This document shows positions 1-11,795 of a stretch of DNA of 64,000 bases, piece after piece. This DNA is from Lama guanicoe (Eukaryota). The notes beneath the pieces were generated by a model. The model made no database searches. It saw only the letters and a list, made by a program, of their open reading frames with translations, and had not been told where the DNA came from. Made by a program: the position numbers and the translations under genes. The first letter of the stretch is position 1, and every line of letters begins with the position of its first letter. Location of the stretch: contig MU053472.1 in NCBI GenBank assembly GCA_013239625.1, positions 1 through 64,000 on the forward strand, read 5' to 3'.

Positions 1-2609
1 CGGGCAGCCATACCTTTCTGTGTTGGTATTAAATGCTCCCTTACGATTGACGCCATCACCCACTGGACTTCCTATCCCTAGGGACTCTGATTCCACTAGA
101 GCCTATCCTGGACGTTAACAGATGGTCCAGGGCCGTTTTCCCAGGTACTGGTATTTCATTTGGGGAGCAAAATTTACGTCTGGCACAGAAGAGAAGTCAC
201 ACTCGCACAGTGGAAGATAGCATTTCAGCTGGCAAAGCCCTTATGGAATGGAACCTTTGACTAGGAGAAATATGACATCAACCCACTGGATCCCAGAGAG
301 TGCAACCCGGTCATCCCCAGGTACCACGTGGCTCACGGGAATAAAAGTTTCACATTTGACCTTATCTTAATTTTTTACTTGTTTACAGATACCTTCAAGG
401 AAAAGATGCCTGATTTGGGTTTTATTCCAATGTCATGTCAGGTGGTGGATAAGTTTGTTGGAGACATTTTGAAAGATTTGCCCTTCCTGGTGAGGTATGG
501 GGCTCAAAGTGCCTCAGTAAATACCTGGGTGGAATGAATGAATTACTCATTAAAGATTATATGAAATGTGACATTATTTATAAATAGGGTATGTTAGATG
601 TAATGTGTTTGTAACACATGAGTTTAATATCAAAGCCTTTTGGATCATAACTAGGTTAAAATCAACATGATTTTAATCTTAGAGTAAAATCATTCTACCT
701 GCATGTTTTTAATTAATGAATTAATCTATGAATATTTGTTGATGTTGACCTCACTGTTAGAGATACACAGTGGAGTCTGGGTTCTTAAGTCCCTAATAAA
801 CTGCTCTTTGGAGCCTACCATCCACATTCTATGACAGAAAGAGGAAAGGTGGCTGTGATTTTTAAAACAAATTTTTTTTTTAAATGAAATCTGTGCTGTG
901 TTTGGAGGCATGTGGTTTAAAATAAGCATGTACTTCCTGTCATCTCATAGTGACGACCCTGCTGTAACTTCGCTGGTCAGACAGAAGGAATTTGATGAAC
1001 TTGTGCACTGGCATTCCCACAGACCCCTCAGTGATGACTACGACAGGACAAAGTGTCAGTTCAATGGTCAGTGCTGCGCCTCTAGTGAAATAAATTAAGA
1101 TCGGTTTTACTCTCTTCCTGTTATTTTATAATGAAAAGTTGTCGTGTTATGAGCCAAGAGTTATACTTCTTGAATAATAACAGTGTTCTAGGTGTTTAGA
1201 GGTGTGTCAGTGAGGCAGGTGATGGAAGAGCCCCCCCTTGGTTGCTGACGGCCACCTGTCCATGGCACGCGGCTCTCTGGGGAGGAAATGCATGGTTAAT
1301 GGCATTTATCCCCACAGAAGTTAGAAGCTTTTTTAAGCAAAGACAGCTTGCAGTTTGACACCTGTGTGTTCCTTGACCTCAGAAATATTGAGGCCAAAGG
1401 CTTCTGAGCAGTTTCAGCAGCTTTCACAGCACTCAGTTGTCTGCTCGTCACAAGTATAGTGGTTCACCGCCATGGTGCTCAGGTTGGAGGGGCTGCCACA
1501 GGAGGCCAGTGTCACTGCTGACAGTATGTCAGTGAGAGTGAGTTAGGGACCCTTCTCCCCGGCTCATCCCATGTCTTCCTCTCACCCTGGTCTACCCCCT
1601 GCTCAGCCCCTCCTTCACATGGACAAAACTTAGCATCAGAAAAATCTAGATGTGTACATGATAAGCATGCTCACACACACCACTCACCAGCCCGTTGATG
1701 GACACAGCAACCAAGATCCAAAAAAATACGAGGGACTTTTTAGATTAATCCCTAACATCCTTCCAAGTGGTTTGATTTGATATTGGCAGATAAGGATAGA
1801 AAAATCAACCCACTGAATTATCCCCTTTAAGTGAGGACTGTAGTTTTCTTTGGGGCTGGGAGCAAGTCATAACTTTGTTGTTGGGGTTTCCTATGTCAAT
1901 GGATTTTTCCACAGTGACAGGTTTTCTGAGCTGACAAGTTCTTGGCTCTGTGGCTGTGGTCTGGAGTAAGGGTTTTTCTATCAAGTGATGCAAGAAGGCC
2001 TAGATGGGTGTCTTCCTGATTTTTCCACCTTCCCCTCATTAACCTCCTTCACAGAGCACATGACAGAAGCAGTGCTCAGAAGCTGTCATTCTCTGTGGCA
2101 TCTTGATGTTTACTTTGAGAGGTAGATGATGAAAGAGTGTTCTATCCCTTCCATCCTTTAAGGAATGAGGCTACAGACGAGAGAGCTTGACTGAAGAGTC
2201 CCTCTTCAATGGAAGTAATCAGCCTAAATGACTGCTCCAAACTAAAAGGAAAAGTGTGTGGGGGTGGTGGGGGGGGTGTGTGAAGCATCAGTGAGAATGC
2301 TGTTGCAAAAATATACTTGTGTTGCATTTTAAGTCTTTTCTTCTTCAGAAAAACCTAGAGATCCTCATTATCTCAGATCTGTGCAAAAGTACCACGTTTT
2401 TCAGCGATTTTATGGGAAGTCACTAGAATCAGTCTCTTCAAAACTTCTTGTAACTCAAGCCGCCAAGCCCAAGAGGAATTTCTGTGAACCCAAGAGCAAA
2501 AAGGCACAGGTAGTTTCTGTTAAGTCTATCCTTTTTCTTTTTTAACTTTTATTTATCTTGTATTGTTATTTGTTCCATCTCTTTGGTAGTTGCTTTCCAT
2601 ACTGTGTTT

Positions 2610-4722
2610 TTAGAAAGTAAAGAGTTAGAAAAGATACTTCATGCAAGTGGAAACCAAAAGAAAGTAGGGGTAGCTATACTTATACCATACAAAGTAGACT
2701 TTCATGCAAAGACTGTAATAAGAGGAAAAAGGTCGTTATATAATGATAAAGCTGAAAACCTGAAAGCTTTTTCTCTAAGATCAGGAACAAGACAAGGATG
2801 CCCAGACCACCACTTCTTTTCAACTTCGTACTGGAAGTTTTAGCCAGAGAAGTTAGGGAAGGAAAAGCAATAAAAAGCATCCACATTGGAAAGGAATAAG
2901 TCACACAGTCGCTATTTGCAGATGACATTACAGTACCTAAGAACCCTTAAAGACTCCACCAGAAACCTGTTAGAACTAATGAATTTTATTCTTCAGTAAA
3001 ATGAAGAATAAAAAATGAACATACAAAGATCTGTTGTGTTTCTATACACTAATAACAAACTATCAGAAAAAGAAATTTAGAAAATAACCCCATTTACAAT
3101 TGCATCAAAAAAAAATACCAAGGAATAAATTTAACCAAGGAGGTGAAAGATCTGTACTCTGAAAACTGTAAGGCATTGATGAAAGAAATTGAAGAGGATG
3201 CAAATAAATGGAAAGGTTTTCTGTACTCACGGATTGGAAGAATTCTTCTTGTTAAAATGTCCTTACTACCCAATGCAATCTACAGATTGAATGCAATCCC
3301 TATCAAAATACCAATGGCATTTTCCACAGAAATAGAACAAACAATCCTAAAATTTGTATGGTGCCATAAAACACTCCAAATAGCGAAAACAATCTTGAAG
3401 AAGAAGAACAAATCTGGAGGCATCACACTCCCTGTCCCCAGCTATGTTACTAAGCTATAGTAATCAAAACAGCATAGTATTGGCATAAAAGTCCTAGAAG
3501 AAAGCATAAGTGATAAGTTCCTTAGTATTGGTCTTGGCGGTGAGTTTTTGGCTCTGACACCAAAAGCAAAGGTAACAAAAGCAGAAATAAACAAGTGGGA
3601 CTACTAAAAAGATTCTGCACAGCAAAGGAGACCAAAAAAAAAAAAAAAAAAGGCAGCCTACAAAATGGGAGAAAATATTTGCAAATCGTATATCTGATAA
3701 AGGGTTAACATCTAAAATGTGTGATGAACTCATAAAACTCAATAGCTAAAAAACTGAACAGTTGGGTTAAAAAACGTCAGAGTGACTGCATAGATATTTA
3801 ACCAAAGATGACATGCAGATGGCCAACAGGTTCATGGAAATGTGCTCAACATGACTAATCATCAAGAAAATGCAAATCAAAACCACAGTGAGATACCACC
3901 TCACACATGTCAGAATGGCCATCATCAAAAGACCAGTGATGATAAGTGTTGGTTGAGGACATGGAGAAAAGGGAGCCCTCGTGCACTGTTAGGAGTGTAA
4001 ATTGGTGCAGCCCCTGTGAAAAACAGTATGGAGTTTCCTCAAAAAAATTAAAAATAGAACTGCCATATGATCCAGCAACCCCACTTCTGGGTATTCCAGA
4101 AAGGAAAGCAGGATATGGAAGCTCTCTCTGCACACCCGTGCCCATTGCAGCATTACTCACAGCAGCCCAGATACAGAACCAGTGGAAGTGTCCACCAAGG
4201 GATGAGTGGATGAAGACGATATGGTAGATACATGTACATATTGGAATAGTATTGAGTCATAGGGAGGAAATTCTGCCATTTGTGACCACACGGATGAACC
4301 TAGAGGTCAGAGGGAGGCAGATACTGCATGGTAGAACTTACATGTGGAATGTGAAAGAAAAACACTCCAAGCTCATAGGAACAGAGAGTAGAAAGATGGC
4401 TCCAGGCTCAGGGGTGGGGAACTAGGGTGAATCTGGTGAAAGGGGACTGGCTCTCGGCTCCGAGAAGAGCAGGGTCTCAGGAGCTAATGTAACACGTGGC
4501 AACTGGAGCTGGCAGCGTTACATCACACCACTGAGATTTGCAAAGAGAGTAGATTTTAAATGTTCTCTCCTTCCCCTCTCTGAAAGATAAATATACGAGG
4601 TGATGGATGGGTTAATTAACTCAATGGGGAGGACCCTTCCACAGTGTATATCGAGTCACCATGATGCACACTTTCAATATCTTACAACTTTATTTTTCAG
4701 CTATATCTAAAATTTAAAAAAA
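2610..4722 (+). mobile_element. Degenerate, internally deleted L1 (ORF2 fragments, 3' UTR, A-rich tail)
   Basis: Recognisable ORF2 peptides: EN start KILHASGNQKKVGVAILI, RT motif [34 protein letters not shown], and LKIELPYDPATPLLGI. Contains frameshifts and jumps near 2745 and 3490; A-tail near 4716-4723. Confidence 0.9.
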
Positions 4723-6664
4723 ATGTATCTGAGCAGAAGCGGGGACTTTTGCTTTAATAGTAAAAAAGTAGCCTCCCCAGGCCCAGCCAGGTGGTCTTGT
4801 TTTTCTCCTTGTGGTGACCCCCTTCTTTTTATTTTCATAGCCAATTTTATTGTTAGTGAGACCACCCAATGACAACTGTGCCTTTTTTATTTAGGGCTAC
4901 AAAAAAAGCTTCTTCTGGGTTTTGTTTTTTTTTTTTTTGAGCGATGTTATAAAATAGAAAGTTTGCACAAATTCCCATTATATAGTGTAAGGTATAAAGA
5001 CTGAAAAAACGTCTCATGCTTTTCTTTCTTTTACACTATTGGAAATTATATTATCTCATGGGGATTAAACAACCTTCACACTGTATAAATGTTCTCTTCC
5101 AGCAACAGTTTAGTAAGTCTGCATGTTCTAGCTAAAACAAGCACTGTGTGGCAAAGAGCCAAGGGTCACCTTGTCCCCTTGAGACAGAACCATGCTAGCT
5201 CCACCTGGGACAGTACCTCTGGGAGACCAGAGCACTGAAGATGACCCATTGATGAGAACTGAACTCTAAGAAAGTGATGAAACTAAAATGACTTCATTAC
5301 AGGCAAGGCTTAGATACTGGTATCATGGCTGACCAGCGCAGTGGGAGGTTTGTCAGAATTCTCTACGGGTGCAACGGTTCTCTGATTTTCTCTGCAGATG
5401 AGTAAGTCAGGTTGGTAACAACATATCAGAAGTGGATCCTTGTTGTGTTTAAGTAGGTCAGAAATGCTTGTCCAGATGGAGCAGACCTGCTTGTTTAACT
5501 TGTTCCTTCTCCTCCCTCCTTCCCTTCGTGCTCTTGCCCGTCTTCACTCACTCATCAGACAGTCTGAGCTACATCTTCTGTGCTTGGGACCCAACAACAA
5601 CTGTCTCAGGGAAAGTAATCTGGAGATACAGCACGGCGCATAGGGTCATGGTGGCCCTGTGCGTGAAGAGGCTTCTGTAGAGATGCCGGGCGGAGGGGGC
5701 ACAGGACTTGGGCTCGAAGAGTTGGGAGAGGTTCTGTGGAAGAAGCATCCTGATGGACACGTAAGGGTCGGGGGTGACCCTGGCGGGTAGGAGAGGAAAG
5801 CCAGTCCCTGAGAGAGTGGGAGACAGGAGGCCCATTTGCTCTTCGGCTGATAACCTACAGCACTCAAATCTAGGAGATGCTCTTCAGGGGCTTTACCGTC
5901 ATCCAGGTGGGTTTCCACGGTATTCAGTTCACAGAGGCTTCAATTTTAAGAAACAGTCAGTGAACCAAAAAGTGTGCCTTTTCAAGAATAAGAGGGTGGT
6001 CAAAATAATTAGTATACACTTACTTAAAAATACCATCTCATTCATATTGCTAACTTGTTTTATGAGACGATTCTTTCTTTTTTGGGCAGGAGACCAAGTC
6101 TGAAATAATCACTAGAGAGAATAAGAAGAGGTTATTTGCCAAGGAGGAGCAAAAAGAAGAGAAAAAAATGGGATGTCCTGTCATTTTCTATTGAGGAGGA
6201 GATGCAAGAGAATTTGAGCTCTGGAATAAAGAACCTGGAAGACTTTCTGAAATCGTGTACAAGTAGCTCGGTGAAATTTCGGGTAGAAATGGTAGGCTTA
6301 AAGGCCTGCTTGAAAGCGTGGAAAGAGCATTGCCGAGGGAAAGGTGTGTGAGTGGATGCTCATTTGTTTGCTATAAAGCACAGAGGAAATTCCGGAAAGA
6401 ATGACCGGAAGTAGTGGATACCTCCTGAGAAATGCACTGTCATGTTAGGGGAAAGAGAAACCTAGTTTTTAGTTTATTTGATTGAGTATTTTTTGTGTTT
6501 TGTTAATTAAAATGTTCTAGTTTTATAATAGTGCGTACTATTCAGATGTCTTTTCCATATATCTTGAATTGAATAAATGTTTAAAAGAGACAAGCCCCCT
6601 CAGAGTCCTTCCGTGTGTTGCCGCCAGTCTTCACAGTTTTCAGCTGAATTTTTTCTAGATGCAG

Positions 6665-6766
6665 GGATCTGTGTGGATCAGTGCCGAGAAGACCGGGACT
6701 GCGGTCCAGGGAGTCGGTGTGTGAGCAATGGATGCGGCCGCGTCTGCTCCCCAGCGCGAGACCAGG
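6665..6766 (+). CDS. WFDC21-like 6-Cys module exon, copy 1 ([34 protein letters not shown])
   Basis: Acceptor gatgcag|GG and donor CAGG|gtaaga; 102 nt, phase 1-1, no stop. Cys spacing matches WFDC21 exon 2 at 22995. Alternative in-frame acceptors give exon starts at 6644 and 6659. Confidence 0.75.
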
Positions 6767-7597
6767 GTAAGAGCAGCAAGCCCTGCCTTCTACATCCCTG
6801 GTCCCCCGAATGCTTGTCACCGCCAGGACAACAACGGTCAGGCCCACTGCACAGAGAGAAAGCGAGAGAGAGACAGAGACAGAGAGGAGGCAGCCACAGT
6901 GAGGCCACTACTAGCCTCTGCGAGAATTAGAAAAGCTGCCCCTTCTCCCAGGTCTAGAAGATCATGAAGACAGATGAGTGCTATCTTGGTTTTGAAGTAT
7001 TTGTAAGCTTGAAAAAGCCAGAAGTACTCTTGAAACAAAAATAACATTAAGGTTCCAATTATTCCTCAACGAAGACTGGGAAGAACACGGTTACGAACAA
7101 GTTAGCGGATGTCTCCTGCCCAAACACACGTCCACACTGATGTGAAACACAGAAGTCCCCTCCTTCAGTCCAGCAGTATGTGCACCTGCCCAGGCTGATT
7201 TATTGCCAGCGGTGGCTGGCAGGTGCGATTTCCCCACGGAACCTTCAGTTCCCTTCCTTTCCTGACTGAATGGCTAGGATTGATCGCTGCCACTGGAAAC
7301 TTGGTGGGCGCATCAAGGTGGACTGGTAACTAGGGAGGCTGAAGGTTTAAGACCACGTGTATCATCCAAGGAACAGCTTGCTCACACAGCTCTGCACCAG
7401 CTCAGGCTCAAAGACTGACCTTAGGTCTTCTCTGTGGGGGGATGGAGGAGGATGTGCAGTGACCCCACAGACGAAGGAAGTGTCTCCCCATCATGAAGTG
7501 GAGAATTGTCATCAGCCAGATGTACTTCACTACATTCACAAGATCGGTGCCCAGTCTGCATAAGTCGATAGAGTAGGCTGTTTGGCGGGTCGATATA

Positions 7598-7792
7598 CAG
7601 CAGAGGTTCTCCAATGTCAACATGTGTAAAAATGACCTCAGGGTAAGGCTTGTTAAAATCCAATGGCTGGGCTCCAGCCCTAGAGATCCTGTTTCAGCAG
7701 GTGTGTGGCGGGGCCCAAGATCCTGAATCTCTAACACGCTTCCAGGGGATGCTGATCCTGCCGGTTCAGGGGACCCAGTTTGAGTAGCACTA
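7598..7792. mobile_element. MER5A-like hAT MITE (unit 1)
   Basis: cagcagaggttctccaa...cttgttaaaat...gggcccaaga...tttgagtagcact matches MER5A features as I recall them. Confidence 0.7.
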
Positions 7793-8648
7793 GATGTGGG
7801 ATTGGGGTTCTCTCCCAGGTAGGAGGCACACGCCTGGAGCTGAGCTGAGTGCTGGGAGATAATTCAGGAGCTATCTGTGTCCTTAAAGATCTTATAGTAA
7901 CAGAGATAGGCATGTGAACATACCAACAAAAATCCAGGATATCCGATTTTTACTAATATGGTATCATGATCATCCTTAATTAGTAAACTCAGTTCTACCA
8001 CACGTGTTAAAAGGCTTCGTTGTTTCCCAGGATGTGGAGAGGCCTTATTTTCACGCCTCCCTCTACTCTGACAGATTTAAATAATCTATCATTTGAGTTA
8101 TTTTTTAATAACACCTGCAAGATGAACACCCTTGAGCTAAATCATGTTTCTTGAGGAGAATTTCCCAAAAGTGGAATGACCAAATAGACGTTTCAAAGCT
8201 TTTGATGTAGATTGCTAAAGTACCTAATGAAAATGTCTTTAAAAACTAAAAAAAAAAATTTATATCCTCACTCCACATATTTGTAGTTGAATAGACAAAT
8301 ATCTATTCACATTATATATGTTGTGTTGTGTTAGCGATGTACCTGTGTTTATATCTGTAACAGCACAGAGAAAATCCCCGAAGAAGCTACAGGATCTAGT
8401 GGATACCTCCTGGGAAATGCACTGAAGTGTTAGGGGAAAGAGGGACCTAGTTTTTACTTTATTTAGTTGAGTATTTTTTTGTATTTTGAAAATTAAAATA
8501 CCCCACTTTTATAATAGTGCAAACTGTGCAGATATCTTATCTATACATCTTGAATTGCATAAGTGTTTAAAACAGATCGCCCCCTCTCAGCCCTCGCCTG
8601 TGCTCCTGCCAGGCTCACAGTTTTCAGCTGAATTTTTTCTAGGTGTAG

Positions 8649-8750
8649 GGATCTGTGTGGATCAGTGCCGAGAAGACCGGGACTGCGGTCCAGGGAGTCG
8701 GTGTGTGAGCAATGGATGCGGCCGCGTCTGCTCCCCAGCACGAGACCAGG
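8649..8750 (+). CDS. WFDC21-like 6-Cys module exon, copy 2 (same peptide as copy 1)
   Basis: Acceptor ggtgtag|GG and donor CAGG|gtaaga; 102 nt, phase 1-1; one synonymous difference from copy 1 (GCG/GCA). Confidence 0.75.
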
Positions 8751-9624
8751 GTAAGAGCGGCAGGCCCTGCCTTCTGCATCCCTGGTCCCCTGAATGCTTA
8801 TCACTGCCAGGACAGCAGCTGTCAGGCCCACTGCACAGAGAGAAAGCAAGAGAGAGTGAGAGAGCAAGAGAGCGTGAGAGTGAGAGAGGGAGAGGGAGAG
8901 GAGCGAGCCACAGTGTGGCCACTACTAGCCTCTGTGACAATGGAAAAGAGGCCCCTTCTCCCAGGTCTAGAAGACCATGAAGACTGCTGAATACTGTCTT
9001 GCTTTTCAAATATTTGTAGGCTTGAAAAAGCTGGAAGTACTCTTAAAACAAAAATTAAATAGCATTAAGGTACCAAATTATTCCTCAACAAAGGATGGGA
9101 AAAATATGGTTATGAACAAGTTAGCCGGTATCTCCCACCACACACATGTCCACGCTGGTGTGAAACACACAGTCCCTTCCTTTAGTGCAACAGTATGTGC
9201 ACCTGCCCAGGCTGATTTATTACCAGCAGTGGCTGGCAGGTGCAATTTCCCCTCGGAAGCTTCCGTTCCCTTCCTTTCTTGACTGAAAGGCTAGGATTGA
9301 TCGCTGCCACTGAAAACTTGTTGGGCGCATCAAGGTGGACTAGGAACTAGGGAGGCTGTAGAGTTAAGACCGTGTGTATCATCCAAGGAACAGCTTGCTC
9401 ACACAGCTCTCTGCTCTCTCAGGCTCAAGTACTGACCTATATGTTTTTGGAGTGGGGATGGAGGATTTTGTAAAGGGATCCACATAGAAAAGATCTGTCT
9501 GCCCAACATGAATGACAGGATTGTCATCTGCCAGAGCTATTTCACTATATTTACAAGGCCAGTATCCAGTCTGCATTTTCCAGGCCCCTAACTTGATAGG
9601 GTAGGTTGTTTGGGGGCAGATACA

Positions 9625-9819
9625 CAGCAGAGATTCTCCAATATCAACATGTGGAAGAATGACCTGGGGACAAGTCTTGTTAAAATCTAATTGCTGGGCC
9701 CCAGCCCCAGAGGTCCTGTTTCAGCAGGTGTGCAGTGGGGCCCAAGAACCTGAATCTCTCACAATCTCCCAAGGGGTGCTGATCCTGCCGGTTCAGGGGA
9801 CCCAGTTTGAGTAGCACTA
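9625..9819. mobile_element. MER5A-like hAT MITE (unit 2)
   Basis: Paralogous to 7598-7792. Confidence 0.7.
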
Positions 9820-10647
9820 GATGCGGGATTGGGGTTGTCTCCCAGATAGGAAGCACACGCCTGGAGCTAAGCTGAGGGCTGGGAGCTAATTCAGGAGAGA
9901 TGTATATCCTTAAAGATCTCAAAGTAACAGAGATACACATCTAAACAAACCAACAGAAATCCAAGATATATGATTTTTACAATCATGGTGTCATGATCAT
10001 CCACAATCAATAAACTCACTTCTGCCACACATTTTAAAAGGCTTCATTTCCCAGTATGTGGAGATGCCTTGTTTTCGTGCCTCCTTCTACTAAGACAGAT
10101 TTAGATAATCTATCATCTGAGTTATTTTTTAAAGTATGTACAAGATGAGTGTCCTTGGGCTAAATCATGTTTCTTGAGGAGAAATTCCTCAATGTGGAAT
10201 GGCCAAATAGACATTTGAAAGCTTTTGATGTAGATATCCAAAGTACCTAATGAAGATGCCTTAAAAAAAAAGCCTCACTCCACATATTTGTGGTTGAATA
10301 GACAAATATCTAGTCACATTATGTGTGTATGTATGTGTGTTATTGATGTGTTTCTATTCCTATTTATAAAAGCGCAGAGAAAATGCCAGAGGAGCTACAG
10401 AATCTGGTGGATATATCCTGAGAAATGCAGTGAAGTGTTAGGGGAAAGAGAGACCTACTTTTTACTTTATGGTTCAGTATTTTTTGTGACTTGAAAATTA
10501 AAACACCCCACTTTTATAATAGAGCAAACTATGCAGATATCTTGTCTGTATATCTTGAATGGAATAAGTGTTTAAAACAGATCGCCCCCTCTCAGCCCTC
10601 GCCTGTGCTCCTGCCAGGCTCACAGTTTTCAGCTGAAGTGTTTCTAG

Positions 10648-10755
10648 CCGCTGGGATCTGTGTGAATCAGTGCCGAGAAGACCGGGACTGCGGTCCAGGG
10701 AGTCGGTGTGTGAGCAATGGATGCGGCCACGTCTGCTCCCCAGTGAGAGAAAAAA
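10648..10755 (+). CDS. WFDC21-like 6-Cys module exon, copy 3 ([35 protein letters not shown])
   Basis: The homologous acceptor AG is mutated (gctg), but upstream in-frame acceptors tttctag (exon start 10648) and ttttcag (10633) remain. Donor AAA|gtgaga at 10756. All 6 Cys retained, no stop. Confidence 0.55.
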
Positions 10756-11600
10756 GTGAGAGCAGCAAGCCCTGCCTTCTGCATCCCTGATCCCCTGAAT
10801 GCTTAGTCCTGCCAGGACAACAGGTGTCAGGGCCACCGCACAGAGAGAGACTGAGAACGCAAGAGAGAGACAGAGACACAGACAGGGACAGAGAGGAGGC
10901 AGCTACAGTGGGGCCACTACTAGTCTCTGTGAGAATTAGAAAAGATGCCCCTTCTCCCAGGTCTAGAAAACCATCAAGACAGCTGAAGACTATCTTGCTT
11001 TTGAAGTATTTGTAAGCTTAAAAAGCTGGAAATACTCTTAAAACAAAAATAACATTAAGGTACCAAATTATTCCTCAACAAGGCCTGGGAAGAACACATT
11101 TATGAACAAGTTAGCTGATGTCACATGTCCACATTGATGTGAAACACACAGGTCCCTTCCTTCAGTCCAGGAATATGTGCACCTGCCCAGGCTGAGTTAT
11201 TGCCAGCAGTGGCTGGCAGGTGCTATTTCCCCTCAGAAGCTTCAGTTCCCTTCCTTTCTGGACTGAAAGGCTAGGATTGATTGCTGCCACTGAAAACTTT
11301 GTGGGCGCATCAAGGTGGACTGGGAACTAGGGAGGCTGTAGAGTTAAGACCACGTGTATCACCCAAGGAAAGCTTGTTCAACACCTCTGTTCTCTCTCAG
11401 GCTCAGGAACCAAACTTAGATGTTTTGGAGGGGATGGAGGAGAATGTAAGGGAATCCCACAGATGAAGGAAGTGTCTCCCCAACGTCAAGTAGAGACTTG
11501 TCATCCACCAGATCTATTTCCCTTGATTCACAAGTGCAGTGTGCAGTCTGCATTTCCCATGCCCTAAATGGATAGGGTAAGCTGTTTGAGGGGTGGACTT

Positions 11601-11795
11601 ACAGCACAGATTCTCCAGTATCAACATGTATAAGAATGACCTGGGGGTATAAGACTTGTTAAAATCCAATTGCTGGGACCCAGCCCCAGAAGTCCTGTTT
11701 CAGCAGGTGTGTGGTGGGGCCCAAGATCCTGAATTTCTAACAAGCTCCCAGGGAATGATCCTGCTGGTTCAGGGGACCCAGTTTGAGAAGGGCTA
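11601..11795. mobile_element. MER5A-like hAT MITE (unit 3)
   Basis: Paralogous to 7598-7792. Confidence 0.7.

Noticed and set aside
3143..3460. 105-aa ORF and similar ORFs at 47432-48770
   Set aside because: Fragments of dead L1 ORF2, not host genes.
6577..6930. 117-aa ORF, and the paralogous ORFs at 8486-8980 and 10491-10790, as single-exon genes
   Set aside because: Only the ~34-codon Cys-rich core is exon-like and bounded by splice sites; the rest runs through intron and GA microsatellite and is not conserved in frame.
6581..10879. Recurrent minus-strand ORFs over the module exons
   Set aside because: Antisense shadows of a GC-rich duplicated exon; their recurrence is explained by the duplication.
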